A DNA stretch of 63,904 bases, the filler included, from Blastocystis sp. subtype 4 (lineage: Eukaryota), in the NCBI RefSeq assembly GCF_000743755.1. It is 3 parts of 3 records of this genome, joined end to end, with 100 filler letters (N's around TTAATTAATTAA, not from the genome) between each part and the next. Parts side by side here need not be neighbours in the genome. Positions count along the whole stretch, not along the records: positions 43,866 to 63,904 come from NW_014569346.1; 2 more parts are not named here. One strand, written 5' to 3'. Each line of letters opens with the position of its first letter. Within the stretch, counting starts at the first letter, position 1. The notes beneath the pieces were generated by a model, which worked only from the letters and a program-made list of their open reading frames with translations, did no database searches and was not told where the DNA came from. Of this stretch, positions 50,948 to 62,275 are shown piece by piece. Position numbers and translations under genes: made by a program.

Positions 50948-51295
50948 TTATCCCCAACATGGTGTGATCGAATATTCCAAAGATAGTACTCCATTTACTG
51001 AATAACACTAAATAAGACACATTCACCTCATATACATCAAAAAGAGACCCTATTTCCACATCTAGAGAGGGACAAAAGATTTGACAAAGGTAAAGATTCT
51101 ACAAAAACAAGACAAGCCAGTCATTACCACTCTATCATGACCCATCACGTTCAACTGTTTCTGTAAATAATGGTGAATCTATTTGGAACATCCCATCCTT
51201 ATAGCAACATCAAAAAGCGACTGATTTCGTTCCAGACCTAGTCGAATAGGTCTTTGATTTGGATTCATTGCATCAAAGAGTTGGAGGTGAATCAT
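50948..51295 (-). CDS. ATG12: ATG12 ubiquitin-like autophagy protein, 4 exons
   Basis: Manual splicing gives MIHLQLFDAMNPNQRPIRLGLERNQSLFD/IHHYLQKQLNVMGHDRV/NLYLCQIFCPSLDVEIGSLFD/CYSVNGVLSLEYSITPCWG-TAA; C-terminal WG; absent from the ORF track. Confidence 0.8.
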
Positions 51296-51605
51296 TTGAT
51301 GTCATCACCTTGTCAATTCCTTCGCCTTCTAACATGAAGGTTGTATCTAGTTATAGCATATCAACAAAACGTGCTTGTTCATCTTAACAATGTTAAGAAA
51401 AGAAATCAGTGGACCATCTATTCCATAAACCTATGATTGTCTCTAAAAATGGAAAGTAACCCCTGGATCGATCAAATCCAAAATGAGGTCTCAATATTCA
51501 CTAGATTTCAAAGAACCTGTGGAAATAAGGTATGGATTGTTGTTTATGAATGAAGATGATTCGATGGGATCCAGTTGAAGGGAAAAGTCATAGTTTTGTA
51601 GAAAG

Positions 51606-52377
51606 ATGCCAAAGAAGAGTGATATCATTTACATGGCTCGCATTGCTGAAAAGGCCGAAAGATATAACGAGATGAAGGAGTATATGCATGTAGTTGCGTC
51701 AACACCGGATCCGGAAACAGGTATTGTGGATCTGAGCAATGAAGAGAGAAATCTACTTTCCATTGCCTATAAGAATGTTGTGAATAACAAGAGAGTGTCT
51801 TGGAGAATCTTGAATCAACACATTCAAAGAGAATCCAAGAAGGAGTCATCACCATATCTTAAAGACATTGTGGAGTTTTTGAACAATGTAGAAAAGGAGT
51901 TGATTGAAGTGTGCATGGAAGTCCTGTCCTTGCTAAACGATTATTTAATTCCTGGAGCTAAGGACGGAGCGCAGAAAGTGTTCTATTGGAAGCTAAAGGG
52001 AGATTACTACCGATATGTGTGCGAGTTTGAGAAGGACGATAAGCAGAAGGAAATGAAAGATAAAGCACGTGAAGCCTATCAGATGGCAATGGATATTGGT
52101 CACCAGGACAATCTAGAGTCTACCAATCCCATCATGCTTGGTTTGGCTCTGAACTTCTCTGTCTTCTACTATGAAATTGAAAATGATTCCCAAAAGGTAC
52201 TGAGAGAGTTGTTTGTTTAAGGGGTAGGCATGTGACTTAGCTCGGGAAGCTTATAATGGCGCTGTCTCTGGTTTCGAGTCTCTCTCAGAGAATGACTATA
52301 AGGATACCACTTTGATCATGCAACTACTTCGAGATAATCTGACCCTTTGGGGTGCAGGTACAGCGATTCCTCAATAA
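51606..52377 (+). CDS. 14-3-3 protein
   Basis: [45 protein letters not shown]; intron 52197-52227; [18 protein letters not shown]; motif at 52399-52406. Confidence 0.95.
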
Positions 52378-52435
52378 ACGTATTCTTGTTCTATTCCATG
52401 TTTGTTCTTTCATATTCGTTTGTGAAGTTTTTCCT

Positions 52436-53561
52436 ATGGCAAAAGGCAATTGTCATAGGTCCAGCTCTATCTGGCAGTCCATACTCGTATGGATCTGTTG
52501 GATCACCATATTATTGTGCATCTTCTGCGTTGTGGCTTTCTTCTGGGGATCCTTGCGAAGAGAAAATATACTCCTGTATGTGTAGATTTTTTTTCCTTTA
52601 TTTGAAGATATAACAAGCGAGCGGCAAAGTGGGTCGACGAAGGAATAAACTCCTTGCAGAATGCTTCATTCTATTTCAAAGCGACATCGGAGAAAGTATC
52701 AATGCGTCTGGTCTCGGAATCTCATGGTGAATCCTATCCAGTTCGAGACTTGTGCAACAAGGAGTATGATCCTTCAGAAGGATGTTTGTATACAGATGCA
52801 CTCTATTTTCGACAGTTCTCGCTCATCTTTAACGGAGAGAACATGTTTTCGTTTTGGAATGCTGATGGTACTCTACTAACGAAAGTGGGTTTTAAAAGTA
52901 ACATCACGTATGTAATGGATCCAGAAGAATTAGCCTGTTATTATGTACCGTTCGTGTTTGTTGTTGCCTTGAAGTGTAGAAGTACGTGTCCTGATGTCTG
53001 TGCAGAACATCATGGTAGTTGGAATGCTGTACAGCAACTTTGTCATATTGAATTGTTTGCTAAGGAGATTTGTCTACGAGTCAAACAAAATCAAAACTCG
53101 TGGAAATTGGACGACTCTCTGTAGGATCTGGAATAGATGTTCATTGTAGAGACTGGAAGCTTCCTTCCAACAGTCATTTTGATATGTATGATTCTGATGA
53201 GGTTGGTTGTGTCTATGGAAATAACTGGAACTCGGTTAGCTATAGTTATACGCCAACATCGACCATTCTTATTTATGTAGGCATGGATGACAAGGTTGAA
53301 GTTTAGATCCGTCATTATTTGGACTCCTATATCTCTGCTTCCGCTTATACTCATAGTTGCAGTTCTGATCATCAGGTGGAATCGAATTGCTTTGGTCCTA
53401 CACGTTTCAAAGCTCGAATGGGCTACTTTTGTAGTTTTTGGATCTTGTTTGTGCTCTTTCTTGTAGAGATTATTGTAGTAATGAATATATTCGATTATGT
53501 ATAGATATTATGTGTAGGAAAACGGCAGTGGTGGAATGTACCATCATGTGATCATGTATAA
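52436..53561 (+). CDS. Two-TM membrane protein with a Cys-rich lumenal/extracellular loop, unknown function
   Basis: N- and C-terminal hydrophobic helices, ~30-nt introns, TAA at 53559-53561 overlapping the predicted cleavage site before the motif at 53565-53572. Confidence 0.6.
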
Positions 53562-53750
53562 TGGTGTTTGTTAAATAGGCGTTATTGTGGTTATATCTTA
53601 CTGAGGATATCAGAATGCCTTCTGTTGATATTACATCTCTTCAGATGTTTCTTATCAATGTCTACTGCATTTCTAACCAAGTACATTATTCTATTAAAGA
53701 CTCATCCGTCACCAAACAATTCCCTTGAAATACATAATCCAACAAACATA

Positions 53751-55292
53751 TTAAGCTGACAACTCATCAACATATACATTCAAACACTTTTCATTTTCAG
53801 GCATAGCAGTAGTTTTTACTATAAGAATAGACTCACTAGTAATCGTAAACGAAAACAAAAGCTCCTTATAACCCGTAAGATTTGGTAAGAAATTGGAAGA
53901 CTCTAACGTCTTCAACTCACGACGTTGCTTCTCCTCAACATCTCGAATCTCAACAAGCTGAGTTCGGAAATGAACAGCACCAGGAACATTACAATAAAAG
54001 GTTAAGTTCTTGGTACAAGGCAACTCCGTTCCATACGGGAAAATCTCAAATACCTTATCTTCATCATAAATGATGCCTATAGAGGTGTGTAAGCTCTCGA
54101 AGATACGGAAATCAGGACGATTGTGCTTCCTTGCACACTCACAACAACCTTTTGCTACCTCCTCCATCACATTAATGATAGGAAATGATTTTCCGATAGA
54201 ACCATTCTTAATTGTTGATACAACTGCAGGAATCTTCGAACTTCCTCCGATCATAATCACTTCATCAATATCACGACTTGTGAATTTACGTTTTCCACAG
54301 ACCATAGCCTTCTTTGTAACAGCCAAACAACGATTCAAAAGAGGCTTTATTCGTTCCTCGAACTGACTACGCGATATGTTGAACGAGATCTCATCGCTAT
54401 CATCTTCAGAAGAAGATGGTGTTTGCTGCCGGATAACCATACACCCCGATAAATCCACATCCGTTTGCTGTGATAAAGATAGACTTTCTTTAGCCTCCTC
54501 AATCAAGTGCATTATTCGTTTCGTTGTTTGTTTAAGATTCTTCTGAGAGATTGCACTCCATATGCTGTAGCCATACTTTGTTTCAAACAATTCCTCAACC
54601 AAATGAAGCAGAGATAATGAAAAGTCATTGCCTCCCAAAGAATCATCTCCATAGGTTGATTCTACACGGTATACACCGTCCTTCAAGCTAAGAATAGTCA
54701 CATCCAAAGTACCCCCTCCTAGATCAAAGACAAGGATTGTATTACGACAAACATTGTCTCCACCATAGGAAACAGCTGCAGCTGTAGGTTCATTCACCAG
54801 GTGCATCACATTCCACCCAGCCTTGACCGCTGCTTCCCGAATACATTCACGTTGAATTCCAGAATAATATGCAGGAACAGAAATGATGGCCTCCGCCGCG
54901 ACATTATCCAGCAACTTATCTGCGTGCTCCTTGATTGTAGCAAACACAAAGGACGCTATATCAACACAAGAATATAAGTTACCATCATCCAGAGTAAACC
55001 AACAATACCCATCAGTTCCTTTTACAGCATTGGCTCCATATATTTTCACGTCATCCTTATGATCCACAGAGTCATATTTCTTACCAATCAACCGTTTCAC
55101 ATTACGAATCACTGTATAATTCTGCTTACATTCTTTGGCAAGCTTCCCAACAATAGCCTTATCTCCCTTCTTATATACACATGAAGGAAGAAGATTCTCA
55201 TCCATTCCGAATGTTACATGTTGAACATTATTCCTCTTACAAACGTAGCAGACGCTGTTACTCGTACCAAAATCAATTCCAACAAAAGGCAT
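53751..55292 (-). CDS. Divergent intronless Hsp70-like protein (ATPase domain + degenerate SBD, no lid or EEVD)
   Basis: VGIDFGTSNS, ISVPAYY, NEPTAAA, VFDLGGGTLD, IGGSSKIP; motif at 53741-53748. Confidence 0.9.
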   Translation of the reverse strand: MPFVGIDFGTSNSVCYVCKRNNVQHVTFGMDENLLPSCVYKKGDKAIVGKLAKECKQNYTVIRNVKRLIGKKYDSVDHKDDVKIYGANAVKGTDGYCWFTLDDGNLYSCVDIASFVFATIKEHADKLLDNVAAEAIISVPAYYSGIQRECIREAAVKAGWNVMHLVNEPTAAAVSYGGDNVCRNTILVFDLGGGTLDVTILSLKDGVYRVESTYGDDSLGGNDFSLSLLHLVEELFETKYGYSIWSAISQKNLKQTTKRIMHLIEEAKESLSLSQQTDVDLSGCMVIRQQTPSSSEDDSDEISFNISRSQFEERIKPLLNRCLAVTKKAMVCGKRKFTSRDIDEVIMIGGSSKIPAVVSTIKNGSIGKSFPIINVMEEVAKGCCECARKHNRPDFRIFESLHTSIGIIYDEDKVFEIFPYGTELPCTKNLTFYCNVPGAVHFRTQLVEIRDVEEKQRRELKTLESSNFLPNLTGYKELLFSFTITSESILIVKTTAMPENEKCLNVYVDELSA

Positions 55293-55323
55293 TTGTTACG
55301 ATTTGTTAAGAAAAAGAAAAGAA

Positions 55324-55396
55324 TGGAGGAGAGGGGCATCGATCCCCTTACCTCTCGCATGCTAAGCGAGCGCTCTACCATCTGAGCTACACCCCC
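55324..55396 (-). tRNA. tRNA-Ala(AGC), identical to the copy at 27256-27328
   Basis: Same 73-nt sequence with downstream T-run. Confidence 0.95.
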
Positions 55397-55608
55397 GTTC
55401 TACTAATTTGTTAACGATAGAGTATATATTATATTGATATGAAAATGGATACACAAACAAGTGAACAGGGAGTGGTAAACTGATTACAATACAGATTCAT
55501 GGTAACAGATATTAAAAAGAAAGGATGACACACATGTATCGAAAGGTAAGCTGATACAAATCGATTTACAATTCATCACTCATTTCTAACAAACAATATG
55601 CAAATAAA

Positions 55609-56780
55609 TTACTATACATCATCCCAAGCCATTTCTACATACAACTATCGTACAATTAGCGCTGTTAATGTCACTCATATTACTATAATTCATATCCACT
55701 ACTAAAATATCACAATTGCGATTGAATCACTGCATGAGAAATACCCTCCGTCACTCTCTTCATCTTCTTCCGACTATCCACACAAGCCTCATAATAGGTG
55801 AATTGGATATTTGTTTGCAACCGAGAACGAATCGCCGACTCAGACAAATAACGATCCATCTTTCTCATTACACCCACAACACACACTTGTTTTCCACTGC
55901 AATCTGATTGGATTCGAGTCAGTAACTCACTTAACACTGTCAATTAGCTAACGGCCACACTCCTACATTGATCGCAGTTGGGTCTTGTAATGTCTACAAC
56001 GCATACTAGCAATTGGCAGGTCCTCATCATCACTAACCCTTATAAATTCAATAAGCATCTACCTTTTCTTATTGGAATACAACAACCCGAGTGCACATCA
56101 CAGAGTATTAGGTTAAATGTCAGTGTTTTTTCATTCGCAATCATCAAATAATAGTCAGTTCTACCCTTAACCCATAACATGTTCGTTACTTGGCATTTTG
56201 GCAAACACTCTCATTCGTGAGACACTGATGAGATATCGCCTGTAGTAACTCGCTTCGTCGAGTATCTGAATTCAATATAACACAAAGAACAATACCTTCT
56301 GCTCCAATGAAGGTGATTCGAAACGTCGGCCGACGTTCACTGCAAAACTGTTGGTATTCTTCGCTCTTCAAATAACTCACTTCATCACCCTTCTATTCCT
56401 CAGACCACCTGCTCTTTCTAACAATCGATATTTCGTTTCGCGAATAGTTTTTTTGACACTCTGGCAATATTGGAAGGCGTACAATGTGACTAAGAATCTC
56501 CTTTGTTCGGGAATACAAGGCCTCTTCAGCCGACTATGCATGTAAAACAATATCTTCCTTCTACCGATAACATTGGAGAATTTGTTGATTCGGGAAACGC
56601 ACTAATGTCCAAACTATTGCTCCTTGCTCGTCCCTTTCTTCCCTGTCTCTCATACCTAACGAAAGTATATCTTTCCAACTAAGTACTTTTCCTGGTCATC
56701 CGCAAACCGAAGCCATTCTTCAGCAATCGCATACTTCGTATCCTATTTCGTTACTTGTGCAGGCGCAGTATTACTTCCAT
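55609..56780 (-). CDS. Multi-exon hypothetical protein: possible RGS-like domain followed by a degenerate Ras-like domain
   Basis: Spliced AEEWLRFADDQEKY ... LLERAVSYLKSEEYQQF, then FRITFIGAE...SELLQ and QVCVVG; motif at 55588-55595. Confidence 0.4.
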
Positions 56781-56889
56781 CCAATCTGAATAATTTCGAT
56801 ACCTCCCTAACAACACAATGACAACCACACTTTCGTTTGTACAACACTTTCGAACTACACTTTTGTTTCAATCTTTATGGGTGTGGAAA

Positions 56890-58040
56890 ATGACAAACGA
56901 GGTTACGTCTATTGGGAATTTTATTGTCAAGGAACTTGTTGGACAAGGTTCCTTCAGTGAAGTGTACAATTGTGTGTTACCAGAATGTGGGAATATATAT
57001 TTTGCTATTAAGCGACTTCTCTCTACATGTAGTTCCAAAAAGATCGTCAATGAAATTGTATCACTCTATTTGCTTAGAGTATTATTTTTCCTCTGTATCA
57101 ACTCTAGGATTGTCCTAATACTGTTTCTCTCCTTGGTATCACAATGCAGAGAGACTGCCTAAATCTGATTTTTCCATACTTTGAATCAGATGACTTTACC
57201 TTATTCATTCGCGATTGCACTTTCAAAGATGTTCTCTCTCTTAAGTTGATTTACATATAGATGCAAAATTATATGAAGAATCTATTACTAGGAGTACAGC
57301 AAATCCATTCCAAAGGAATTATTCACCGGGATATTAAACCACGCAACTTTTTGTAGATTGTTTTCGATGTTAACAATGTCCTAGATATTCAAAAGAATCT
57401 GGATTTGGAGTCCTAATCGATTTTGGACTAGCAGAAGTGAAAGAAGGGCTGGTAGAAGAAATGTTAAATGATCTACGAACAAAGCAGATTGATCCTCAGC
57501 ATGAAGAAGAAGTCATTTTCTGTCCTTTCACTGATTTCTAGAGTCAACTTATCCTTAGCATCGTCAGCCATTTACAGAAGTCAAATCGACGTTGTGCTGT
57601 CTGTCAGGACCCTACTTGTACTGGTGTAGCGCATACATCTGGTACTCAGGGTTTTCGGGCACCTGAAGTCCTAACCAAAGTGATTCATCAGACCTCCGCG
57701 ATTGATATCTGGTCCTGTGGAATTGTTTTCATGTGTCTTCTTTCGCGTCGGTATCCACTCTTCTATCAGAAGTCTTCACTAAATGAGTACTACGAACTGA
57801 TGGAATGTTGTTCGTTCTTTGGTTCAGAATGTGTCATTAATGGTCTCAAGGAAATGAATCGACAAGTAGAGAATATCCCTTATGTGGAACCTGCTTCTTT
57901 GCGGGAGCTATTCTTACGGTCCCAATGGGAAGAGTGGATGGTTGATGTAGCCATGGATTTACTAATGAAGATGGTGGAAATTAATCCTCAGAAGCGAATC
58001 ACAGCTGAAGAAGCATTGAAACATACCTTTTTTATGATGT
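56890..58040 (+). CDS. CDC7: CDC7 (DDK) serine/threonine kinase
   Basis: GQGSFSEVY, FAIK, IIHRDIKPRNFL, LIDFGLA, GTQGFRAPEVL, QTSAIDIWSCG; genomic TAG at 58052-58054, predicted poly(A) stop at T58040. Confidence 0.88.
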
Positions 58041-58044
58041 TGAT

Positions 58045-58062
58045 TGTTTGTTAGAACAAATC
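58045..58062. terminator. 3' motif of CDC7 with an adjacent inverted motif variant for the convergent gene
   Basis: TGTTTGTT (58045-58052), AG, AACAAATC (58055-58062). Confidence 0.65.
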
Positions 58063-58076
58063 TCTTTTAAGGATGA

Positions 58077-60160
58077 TCATCCCATCGACTTCGAGGTTGC
58101 TGGTTTCCTGTCGACCCTATCATTCAATTCCTTCATCCTATTACTACCAGGTGGATATGACATCATCGGAGGAGGATATCCGGCTGGACCTCGAGGCGGA
58201 TATCCACTGGGACCACGCGGACCGTAGGCACCAGGACGAGGCGGATAACCAGGTGGCATATAGGCTCCATCTCGTGGAGGATAATTCATGGGACCTCGAG
58301 GAGGAAATCGAGGGTAGTTAGGAGGATAATTCGGAGGCGGATAGTTGGGAGGAGGATAGGGAACGAAGGGTTGTTGCGGAGGGAGTTGTGGAGGAAACTG
58401 AGAAGGCAACCGTGGAGGAAGCTGATAGGGTCGCTTAGGAGGTGGAGAATCGGGAGAATGAGGAATAAAACGTGGTTGCAATTGGGTAGATGGTGACTGC
58501 AACGATGCATGTCTTGATACTCTTGTCTGTGATGCAGTTGCTTTGGCTCGACTATGCATACGCCTCCGAACATACAACAAATGACAGAATTGCTTATAAC
58601 ACCCATCTGCAACATATGACAGAGTAGCAATTGGACTGGTACTAATCGGATCTAATGCAGGTGGAATGAAATAGAATGTCTTCTCCTTCATTCCCGTCTC
58701 TAATACACCAACACGCTTCTCCGATACAAAGTTCTTCAATAACTTCTGCAATCCACCTCTATTCATCACTCTTTCATCTTATTCACACTCATCACTCTCT
58801 TCGGATAATTCTAATAAGATCCAGGATACATCATAACCAGTATCTTCGTTACGTGAATCATAGAATGACTGGCATGTTGTTACACCTAGCCGGCCGATCA
58901 CATATACAATACTCTCAAGACTTATAGAGGTTACTTCCTGGTCTTTAGGAGATAGGATCACTCGAGTACGGAAGAACACAGGAGTTGCTTCTGGCATTGC
59001 TATTGCTATCTTCCCTTCCTGATTCTGAGACAAGGGCAACTTGATCATTTCATGTACCTCCTCCTCTTCCTTTTCTTCTTCTTTCTCCTCCTCTTCCTTT
59101 GGCTTTTCCTCCTCCTTCACTTCATCATGAGTCCGCATAGGAATCGACTCCAGCAATGCTGCAATCTGTTTCTCTCGTTCTGCTACCTGTTTCTCTCGTT
59201 CTGCCACTGCTTCGACACTCGGCGTACTCTCATTCACTTTTGTATCCTTTGATACTTCTTCGGAAGGTTCTACACTATGCTCTGTTTTCTTCGTAGCAAC
59301 TTCCTCATTTGTCGAAGCCGGTGTTAGCTTCTTTTCACTTGCCGCCGTCAACATCACATTCTCTTCCATATGCTTGCGTTCCTCCTCCTCTCGCCATTTG
59401 CGCATTTCCTCCGAAGCTAGTTCATCTGCCGACAACAGTGGAAGACGCTCCGGCTCCACAACATCTTTCCATTAGTGACAAAACAGATTCCATACCTGAA
59501 AACAGACGTTGTCGTAAGTCTGGATTATGAGGATCACTAAGATTGAACAAAAGATCTCGTAGTTTCGTTGAATAGTCGCTCTTCAAATTGTATCTCATAA
59601 TAAAGGGATAGAGGTTGTATAGAGATTGTTCAATTCGACAGGCAATATCCATATAATTCTACGGTTCAACACTAGGACATGTTTTAATACGATCGATGAT
59701 AAATCCATATCTGTTTTGAGAGGAGATTGCAATGATTCCACCAGTAACGTCCTTGATTTCTGACGTATCTACTCTTAACTCAAATCTCAATTTCCTACTG
59801 TGGGAACATATTGGTTGTACGGAACGTGAGGCAGTCTACAACAATGAGCATCCCAATATATCTTTACTTCTTTGACTTTTTCTGTTCTTTGGGAACCACT
59901 GAACTCTTTGTTTCCGCTGATTCTGCTGCAGCTACCGCTACATCCACCTTCTTTGGAGGAGTGATATACTTTGCCTCAAAATCAAGAAAACAACGAAGTA
60001 ATTCATATCTTCTACTCGTTCCCTTTTTAGCACACTTCAACGAACAGTAAGGAGCAAACATCGCATTTGATATGGATTTTGAACAAATGCTGCATGTTTG
60101 GACTGTAGATCCTTCCAGAGGATTAGTTGTCACACCTTCAATTTCATTATTGGCAGACAT
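58077..60160 (-). CDS. TFIIS-M + SPOC domain protein (PHF3/DIDO/Bye1-like) with an N-terminal Cys cluster and Pro-rich tail
   Basis: CSIC...YCSLKC; IEQSLY...YSTKLRDLLFNLSDPHNPDLRQRL...ADELASEE; VIGRL, RVGVL...FYFIPP; GYPPRG repeats. Confidence 0.8.
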
Positions 60161-60415
60161 CGTCGATAAACAAACAAGGGACAATGAAAGAACACTGATT
60201 GAACAAACGCACCTTTACAAGTATAGCCGCCCCTTTAATTAATCGAAGAATGCTTTTCTAAGGCTTTCTTCTAACAATCTTCAATTCCCGTGGATTCTAG
60301 TTATCACGGTTCTAGTCAAATCCAACTTATAGGAGAATAACGCTTCAAGCATACTAGATTCATCCAACGAATCATTATAAAGCCATTGAACGTATCTAAC
60401 AAACAAAAGCGAACA

Positions 60416-62275
60416 CTAATTGTCATAGATAAGACTATTCAGAAGCTGTCTCTGTTGGATATACTCAGCAGAGGAGGCCGATTCATGAGTGGCTATCCAA
60501 TCACAATACTGTTGTAGCGTCTGCTTCTTCTCCTCCACATCGGGCCCAGAAGGTAACGAATCCAAATGATTCTGTGCCTGAATGATAAACTTCTGGAACT
60601 TATTGCGTTCTAGCTCCGCCTTCTCCACTTTAGATGACTGAGCCATGCTTGCACGAAGCTGCTCCTGCATTTCATACACCGTCTCACGAGGTAACACTTG
60701 CGATCCCATATCCATCACTTGTGAAACCGATTTCATCGTCTTCAGCTCCACAGCCTGCACATAAAACGTGGAATTAGAATCCAACGAAAAGGTCACTTCC
60801 ACACGGGTATCATTAATAGGACCAGGAGACTCGATCGGAACAACAATTTCACTGATCAACTTACAATCATCTGCCATCTCCTCCAGACCCTGGAAGATAC
60901 GGAACTTCATACGCTCCTGATTAGCACGATGGGCTTGATACTCTTTGCGCATTCTACAGGGAACAGAAGAATTTGCAGGAATAATCGTTGACAACTTGCC
61001 TGACGAAACACGAACACCAATATTCATAGGAGTGATATCCAGTACTGTCAATTCGGACATCTTTGTCTTGTCATTTCCCATGTTATGAGTCGTTGTGTAC
61101 ATTTCCAGCTGGAAATCAAATCCCTTCTCCACCACATCTCGAGATACGCCGGCAATCACAGCGGCTCCTTGAGACACAGCTTCCATCGAGTTAATACTTG
61201 AGGAAACACGCTTCTTCCCAAATCGATTCATTATATTGTCCCGGATGTAGGGAATATTACAACTGCCTCCCACCAACAACACATGAGTGATGTTCTTCTC
61301 CTCTACATAGGCCTTTTTCAAAGTATCATCGATCATAGACAGACAACGATCAAACATACGACGATTCATGTTTTCCAGATCTAGACGTGTCAGCGTGTAG
61401 TGGAATTCTACCCCCATGACCTGTTCGTCAATATCATAACTGTCCACACTACTCAATGCCTTCTTTGCCTCTTCCACTGCATTCCAAAGAAGCATCATGT
61501 CTGCAGGACTTGAACGAGGATCCTTATGAAAGATTCCCTCAAATGCTGAGATTACTTCCTTCAAAATAGTGTTTGTAATGTCGTCACCACCACAATGGGA
61601 ATCACCACTACAGCCCAACACTGCATATGTCTTTCCCGTAATGTTAATGATCGACACATCAAACGAACCCGCACCAAAATCAAACACCAGTACCATCTCC
61701 TGTTCACTGGCATTGATCAGTCCATAGGAAATTGCAGCTGCCGTTGGTTCACTGAATAAATGAACCTTCTCCAAGCCAGCCACAATTCCAGCATTAATCA
61801 TGTCATTTCGTTGAATATTGTTGAAATACGCAGGAACCGTAATCACAGCCTCATTGATTGGACCATTCAAATATTCAGAAGCACTCTTCACCGCCTGCGA
61901 AATCACATAGGCAGTCATCTGAATGGGAGAGAATTCGAACTTCTTGTGCTCTCCTTGAACACTTAGTACGATTCCATCTGTCTCATTCCGCTCCACACCA
62001 AATGGAAAGGATGGAAGCAACTCCTGAAACGACTTCTCACTGTATAGACAGCCTAGCATACGCTTCATCCCATAAATTACACGCTGTGGCTCCAATCTCC
62101 GTTTCCTCTCAGCTTCTCGGCCAACAGTAATAGCTTTGTCACCAACATATACACAGGATGACAGTACTTTCTTTCCACTATCAATAGGGAGAGTGCGAAC
62201 TTTACCATTCACAAAAACTGATACTGCACAATTCGATGTTCCAAAGTCAATTCCAATATTGTATGCCTCGCTCAT
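60416..62275 (-). CDS. Second divergent intronless Hsp70-like protein (full SBD and lid-like helix, no EEVD)
   Basis: IGIDFGTSNC, ITVPAYFN, SEPTAAA, FDFGAGSFDVS, LVGGSCNIP, LDITPMNIG; probable start MSEAY at 62275; motif at 60398-60405. Confidence 0.9.
   Translation of the reverse strand: MSEAYNIGIDFGTSNCAVSVFVNGKVRTLPIDSGKKVLSSCVYVGDKAITVGREAERKRRLEPQRVIYGMKRMLGCLYSEKSFQELLPSFPFGVERNETDGIVLSVQGEHKKFEFSPIQMTAYVISQAVKSASEYLNGPINEAVITVPAYFNNIQRNDMINAGIVAGLEKVHLFSEPTAAAISYGLINASEQEMVLVFDFGAGSFDVSIINITGKTYAVLGCSGDSHCGGDDITNTILKEVISAFEGIFHKDPRSSPADMMLLWNAVEEAKKALSSVDSYDIDEQVMGVEFHYTLTRLDLENMNRRMFDRCLSMIDDTLKKAYVEEKNITHVLLVGGSCNIPYIRDNIMNRFGKKRVSSSINSMEAVSQGAAVIAGVSRDVVEKGFDFQLEMYTTTHNMGNDKTKMSELTVLDITPMNIGVRVSSGKLSTIIPANSSVPCRMRKEYQAHRANQERMKFRIFQGLEEMADDCKLISEIVVPIESPGPINDTRVEVTFSLDSNSTFYVQAVELKTMKSVSQVMDMGSQVLPRETVYEMQEQLRASMAQSSKVEKAELERNKFQKFIIQAQNHLDSLPSGPDVEEKKQTLQQYCDWIATHESASSAEYIQQRQLLNSLIYDN

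Noticed and set aside
55609..56380. CENP-M-like pseudo-GTPase as an alternative call
   Set aside because: Similarity is weak and the frame appears to splice to an upstream RGS-like region
59160..59205. 21-bp duplication encoding AEREKQ(V/I)
   Set aside because: Ordinary two-copy slippage in a charged linker
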